From Oxalobacteraceae bacterium (GTDB taxonomy: Bacteria > Pseudomonadota > Gammaproteobacteria > Burkholderiales > Burkholderiaceae_D), in assembly GCA_947464955.1 (NCBI GenBank), contig CANHZI010000001.1:12206-76205 (forward strand): a stretch of 64,000 bases of DNA. Reading direction: 5' to 3'. A model generated the notes under the pieces. The model ran no database searches. It worked only from the letters and a program-made list of their open reading frames with translations, and was not told where the DNA came from. How positions within the stretch are numbered: position 1 is the stretch's first letter; the number at the start of each line of letters is the position of its first letter. Below are positions 60,067 to 64,000 of this stretch, piece after piece. The position numbers were made by a program, and so were the translations under genes.

Positions 60067-60411
60067 ATGGCAATTTCCGCGCTCAACTCCGGCATTTCAG
60101 CGATGCGTGCGTTTGAAACAGCATTAGATAGCACGGGGCACAACATCGCCAATGCCAATACCAACAACTTCAAACCACAAACTGCCAGCTTCCAAGAAGG
60201 CGTGAATGGTGGAGTAATTGTCAATATTAGCCAAGCCAGCAAAACACTGTCAGCCCAAAGTACTGAACAATCAACTAGTCAGCCGAGTGAAACCGATTTT
60301 GGCACTGAAATTACCAATTCACTTCAATACAAAATTGGCTTTCAAATGGCAGCAAAACTGGTCAAAACCAGCGATGAAATTCTCGATACTTTAATCAATA
60401 TGAAGAAATAA
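60067..60411 (+). CDS. miniature flagellar axial (rod/hook)-family protein consisting essentially of the conserved N- and C-terminal segments
   Basis: The ATG at 60067 lies 9 nt after an AGGAG SD. 114 aa. The N-terminus ALNSGISAMRAFETALDSTGHNIANANTNNFKPQTASFQE matches the flg_bb_rod signature. The C-terminus FGTEITNSLQYKIGFQMAAKLVKTSDEILDTLINM matches the axial-protein C-terminal heptad region. Confidence 0.7.
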   Translation: MAISALNSGISAMRAFETALDSTGHNIANANTNNFKPQTASFQEGVNGGVIVNISQASKTLSAQSTEQSTSQPSETDFGTEITNSLQYKIGFQMAAKLVKTSDEILDTLINMKK

Positions 60412-61182
60412 TTAGCCGCGTGCTGGCGTAATGCAGAGGAATTCCGGCATCGACTGCATGTCGTAGAAAACCAAACCTAGTAGTGCCAGCCCAATAAGAA
60501 CCAGCCCAACAATGGCACGGATCACGTGCGTCACAGCCAATGTCTTGATCTGCTGCGACACAAGCTGCGTGACCAATAGATGTGGCAAAGCAGCGATGCC
60601 AAAAATTACCATCAACACCGCACCCGACCACGCCTGACCAGATAAAATCGCAAATGGCGCCACAGCATAAGTCAAGCCACACGGTAAAGCGCCCCAGGCC
60701 AAACCAATTAAGAATGGATGCTGACTTCCCTGTCGCATCGATGGCATTAACGCTTGCGAAACCGAACTAAAGACTTGATTCCCAGACCACGGCCACGGCA
60801 AGCTCACCCCAATTAACCTTAAGCCAAGCAAAAGCAGGAGTATATTGGCGAAGAAAAAAAGATAAGGGCTTGCCCAATTCATCCACGTCCAAGACATAGT
60901 GGCCGCGCCGAGCCCACCGAAAGCAGCGCCAATTAAACCGTATGTTGTGATGCGCCCAGCATGCAAGAAAACGAGATAAGCAGTCTGTTTGCTAGGGTTT
61001 GCGCTGCTATGAGTATGAATAGGGATAATGCGCTGCGCTGATGTTTGCTCGCCAGTTTTTTCTGATGAAAGGCTTGGCAACTTCGCTAACAGATGAGAAA
61101 TCCCACCGCACATGCCAACGCAATGAAAGCCGCCAATCAGACCGGCAGAGATCACTGCAAACAGCATGGGCCAAGTTAGCAT
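60412..61182 (-). CDS. DsbD_2/TauE-like integral membrane protein commonly linked to cbb3 oxidase maturation clusters
   Basis: 256 aa and multi-TM. It has the N-terminal GGFHCVGMCGG motif. Its stop codon abuts the stop of the convergent gene at 60411. Confidence 0.7.
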   Translation of the reverse strand: MLTWPMLFAVISAGLIGGFHCVGMCGGISHLLAKLPSLSSEKTGEQTSAQRIIPIHTHSSANPSKQTAYLVFLHAGRITTYGLIGAAFGGLGAATMSWTWMNWASPYLFFFANILLLLLGLRLIGVSLPWPWSGNQVFSSVSQALMPSMRQGSQHPFLIGLAWGALPCGLTYAVAPFAILSGQAWSGAVLMVIFGIAALPHLLVTQLVSQQIKTLAVTHVIRAIVGLVLIGLALLGLVFYDMQSMPEFLCITPARG

Positions 61183-61197
61183 GAAGGCTTTCTCGGA

Positions 61198-62601
61198 TTA
61201 AATCAGCTTTGAATACTTCGCTTCAGTTTGGCGTGACAAATATTGGTCAAACACCATACTAAATGCCCGCACAAACATCCGCCCCTTAGAATTCACGCGC
61301 ACAGTATTGTCGTCAATACTAATTAATTCTTCTTCGGTGTAGAGCTGGAGGCGATCTAACTCTGATGCGAAATAATCTTTAAAGTTGATTTGGTGTTTAG
61401 CTTCGATATCGGCCATATTGAGCGTGCTACTGCACATCAAATCCATAATGATTTCACGACGCATCAGGTCGTCGGCGTTGAGGTCAAAACCTTTTTCCAC
61501 TGGCAAAACACCTTGATCTAAAGCGCCATAGTATTCATCCAAGGTTCTGAAATTTTGCCCATATGAAGCGCCAATTTTTCCGATAGATGACAATCCTAAG
61601 GCAATCAAATCACAATCGGCACGCGTGGTGTAACCTTGAAAATTACGATGCAGGCTCTTGTCTTTTACGGCCAATGCAAGGCTATCATCAGGTTTGGCGA
61701 AATGATCGAGTCCGATATAAACATAGCCAGCATCAAGCAAACGGCGAATCGACATCAGAAAAATTTGTAGGCGTTGTTCAGCTGAGGGCAAATCAATTTC
61801 ATTGATGCGACGTTGTGGCTTAAAGCGAGTGGGTAAATGTGCGTAATTGTACAAAGCGATGCGCGCAGGTGAAAGCTCTATCACTTGATCCAAAGTCTTG
61901 GAAAAACTATCGAGGTCTTGCTTGGGCAAGCCATAAATCAAATCAAAATTAATCGACTGAAATCCAGCTGCCCTGCTCTCTTGAATGCATTTTTCAACCA
62001 TCTCATACGGCTGAATACGATGCACTGCGATCTGCACTTGCTCATTAAAATCTTGCACCCCAAGGCTGGTTCGATTGAAACCAAGTTCTGCAAGCAGATT
62101 GAGATATTCCGTTGTGACTGTACGCGGGTCGATCTCGATTGAGATCTCTGCATCAGCAGAAAAAGCAAAATGTGAACGCAACAACAGCATGAGTTGCCGC
62201 ATTTCGGCTTCACTTAAGAAGGTTGGCGTGCCGCCACCTAGATGTAACTGTGAGATCGTTTCTGGTGTAGTCAAATGCTGCTTAATGAGCTGCAGCTCTT
62301 TTTCCAGATAACTTAAATACGTTGCGGACTTACTTCTATCTTTCGTAATCACCTTATTGCACGCACAGTAATAACAAAGCGAAGCACAAAACGGGATATG
62401 GATGTAGAGAGAAAGTGGTGGCCGATTAGGATTGCTACTACGCTGCTGCAAATACCGAATATAGGATTGCGCGGTAAAATCCGCGTGAAAACGATCCGCA
62501 GTTGGGTAAGACGTATAACGCGGACCCAAAGAATCAAAACGACGAATCAGCTCTTCTGAAATTTCTAAATTATCACTACGCGTTACGACTCTTGTATCCA
62601 T
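61198..62601 (-). CDS. hemN: oxygen-independent coproporphyrinogen III oxidase (radical SAM)
   Basis: 467 aa. Motifs: GPRYTSYPTADRF, YIHIPFCASLCYYCACN, GGGTPTF. Confidence 0.95.
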   Translation of the reverse strand: MDTRVVTRSDNLEISEELIRRFDSLGPRYTSYPTADRFHADFTAQSYIRYLQQRSSNPNRPPLSLYIHIPFCASLCYYCACNKVITKDRSKSATYLSYLEKELQLIKQHLTTPETISQLHLGGGTPTFLSEAEMRQLMLLLRSHFAFSADAEISIEIDPRTVTTEYLNLLAELGFNRTSLGVQDFNEQVQIAVHRIQPYEMVEKCIQESRAAGFQSINFDLIYGLPKQDLDSFSKTLDQVIELSPARIALYNYAHLPTRFKPQRRINEIDLPSAEQRLQIFLMSIRRLLDAGYVYIGLDHFAKPDDSLALAVKDKSLHRNFQGYTTRADCDLIALGLSSIGKIGASYGQNFRTLDEYYGALDQGVLPVEKGFDLNADDLMRREIIMDLMCSSTLNMADIEAKHQINFKDYFASELDRLQLYTEEELISIDDNTVRVNSKGRMFVRAFSMVFDQYLSRQTEAKYSKLI

Positions 62602-62605
62602 GAAA

Positions 62606-62899
62606 TTACCGTATTTTTTGTAAGAGAAAAGTCGTAATCCAGCTGGAGAGGCAGCCTAAGGCCCAGAACACCAAAAAGCCTATGGTGTACGCCCCCAGCA
62701 TGTGTACCTGCACTTTTTCATCGAGGATGATCAATTCCATGGGATCAACCAAGCTAAAGAAAATACCTGTAGCCACACACGCCATCAAGAAACCTGGCCA
62801 CAGTACCACCATCAGTTTCATGCCGAGCGAAAATCTTTCTTCTTTTTTGATGCGATTTTCCAAACCTGTCTCCTCTTTTTGTACTAACTTTTGAAGCAC
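62606..62899 (-). CDS. small two-TM membrane protein, hypothetical
   Basis: Up to 97 aa from the GTG at 62899, or 71 aa from the ATG at 62821. It has two hydrophobic helices. It lies between the FixH-family gene and hemN. The start is unresolved. Confidence 0.45.
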   Translation of the reverse strand: MLQKLVQKEETGLENRIKKEERFSLGMKLMVVLWPGFLMACVATGIFFSLVDPMELIILDEKVQVHMLGAYTIGFLVFWALGCLSSWITTFLLQKIR

Positions 62900-62920
62900 T
62901 CACCCGAGGATTACGTGCTC

Positions 62921-63493
62921 TTAGTTTGCCACAGCCAAAACTAAATTTCTTTGCAGTGGATCATACCAATCCCCTGTCAGACGCCAATCATTTGTCTCTA
63001 GTTTGACATGCAACAATTTTACTGCATTTGTATCGAGCGCATTCTTCCCTTTCAGCGCTTCACGCAGGTCGGCTTGATACTTACCTCCACCGACATGTTT
63101 CATCGGAACACGGCGTATAACTTCTTCGACCGAACCACTCTGCGCCCCTGAACTTGCAATACTTAATTGCACAGTCTCAGGCAAATCGGCACGTGACTGC
63201 AGATTTAACTGTATGGTTTGCGATTGCAAGTCGAATTGCATCTTTGCGTTCAAGTGCAGTTCACGCGCTTTTGCATCGCGCTGCAAATTGGTGTTGATCA
63301 TCAAACCTTGCTTATAATAATCTTTAGCAACGACTTGATCAGCGCCTCGAAACGCAATAAATCCTGTAATGAGGCTCGCGCAAACGACGATCAGTGGGCC
63401 ACCAACGACCAACAGCAACCATGGCTCGTTATACCATGCGTCTTTTTTTACTGCTTGGGTAAGGATTGCTGAGTTCATAATCATTCCAATCAT
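62921..63493 (-). CDS. FixH-family protein (cbb3 oxidase maturation cluster)
   Basis: 190 aa. The N-terminus is WYNEPWLLLVVGGPLIVVCASLITGFIAF and includes a TM segment. A beta-rich periplasmic domain follows. It overlaps the ccoG stop (ATGA). Confidence 0.8.
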   Translation of the reverse strand: MIGMIMNSAILTQAVKKDAWYNEPWLLLVVGGPLIVVCASLITGFIAFRGADQVVAKDYYKQGLMINTNLQRDAKARELHLNAKMQFDLQSQTIQLNLQSRADLPETVQLSIASSGAQSGSVEEVIRRVPMKHVGGGKYQADLREALKGKNALDTNAVKLLHVKLETNDWRLTGDWYDPLQRNLVLAVAN

Positions 63494-64000
63494 CTAGGTA
63501 CAATAAACACGGCTTTTTCGGTCACCGTGACTTTCGCTTTTTCTTTGTCAGTAATCGTAAATTTAATCCGATTCGATCCAGTACTTGCTGATCCTGCTGG
63601 CACTCTTACCCGCACAGGAAAAGCTTTCGAGCTAGCAGATGGTATTGCCACGCTAGTCTCATTCACAATTTCAGCGCCGACTAAGCCTTTCACTGAAATT
63701 ATGTACTCACGCGCAGATTCTTGTGTATTCATGATCTGCAGGCGATAGACGTTCTCTACGCCCCCCGTCTCAGTAATCTTAGGCATTGCACGATCACGTA
63801 ACACATCGACCTTGAGTGGCACACGATAAGCCAAGGAAACGGCCGCCACCAAAATAATGAGACACAAAATGCCGGTGTAGACCAATGTACGAAGGCGGAA
63901 CACACGTTTCCACATGGCCTCGTTATTCATCTTACGTTTGAGCGCATGTTCTGTGGTGTAACGGACAAGGCCCCGTTCGTAGCCCATTTTATCCATGACC
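63490..64000 (-). CDS. ccoG: cytochrome c oxidase accessory protein CcoG/FixG, C-terminal part (gene continues beyond the window end)
   Basis: The C-terminal region reads ...GYERGLVRYTTEHAL..., then a TM segment and an Ig-like domain (VENVYRLQIMNTQES). The open frame reaches position 64000. Confidence 0.8.
   Translation of the reverse strand, partial: VMDKMGYERGLVRYTTEHALKRKMNNEAMWKRVFRLRTLVYTGILCLIILVAAVSLAYRVPLKVDVLRDRAMPKITETGGVENVYRLQIMNTQESAREYIISVKGLVGAEIVNETSVAIPSASSKAFPVRVRVPAGSASTGSNRIKFTITDKEKAKVTVTEKAVFIVPR

Overview
This window looks like a chromosomal segment from a flagellated betaproteobacterium, probably Burkholderiales-like. That assignment is an inference from gene order and is not verified. 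The sequence is moderately AT-rich by eye.

Positions 1-22.8 kb hold a flagellar, motor and chemotaxis supercluster:
- A partial flgB, divergent from flgA-flgM-flgN.
- A minus-strand operon: flhB-flhA-flhF-flhG-fliA-motC-motD.
- A second long minus-strand gene string: flhD-flhC, a membrane methyltransferase, motA-motB, a CheZ-like ORF, cheY2-cheA-cheW-cheR-cheD-cheB-cheY-cheZ, and an EAL-like/HDOD gene. It is closed by a strong intrinsic terminator.
- No MCP gene is present anywhere in the window.

Positions 22.8-53 kb are conserved housekeeping genes:
- dnaQ, tilS, accA, a glycosylase, and a TPR plus L,D-transpeptidase pair.
- ppiA, ppiB, lpxH, cysE, rlmB, rnr, tRNA-Leu(CAG) and a phosphoribosyltransferase.
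- purA, hisZ, hflC, hflK, hflX, hfq, der, bamB, yfgM, hisS, ispG, rodZ, pilW, rlmN, ndk.

Positions 53-64 kb hold dbpA and then a likely low-oxygen or redox-response neighbourhood:
- A NarL-type regulator, a lone receiver, a Cys-less FNR-family regulator, a tandem USP and a membrane PAS/HisKA_3 kinase.
- An orphan miniature flagellar-rod-like gene.
- A DsbD_2/TauE-like protein, hemN, a FixH-family gene and a partial ccoG.

I saw no rRNA, CRISPR arrays, transposases, integrases or prophage genes.

The most interesting signals are regulatory or architectural rather than a new gene island:
- Three sigma-28-type promoter motifs lie upstream of flhDC. Two face flhDC. One faces away and, together with a bidirectional terminator, delimits a candidate sRNA of about 90 nt.
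- A 41-codon uORF stops 1 nt before the flhD ATG.
- FlhG has a destroyed P-loop but an intact FlhF-activating motif.
- A second, short CheZ-like protein sits next to cheY2.
- A 114-aa protein made only of axial-protein termini sits far from the flagellar loci, with a sigma-28-like motif upstream.

All functional calls come from reading the translations and motifs by eye. No database search was run.
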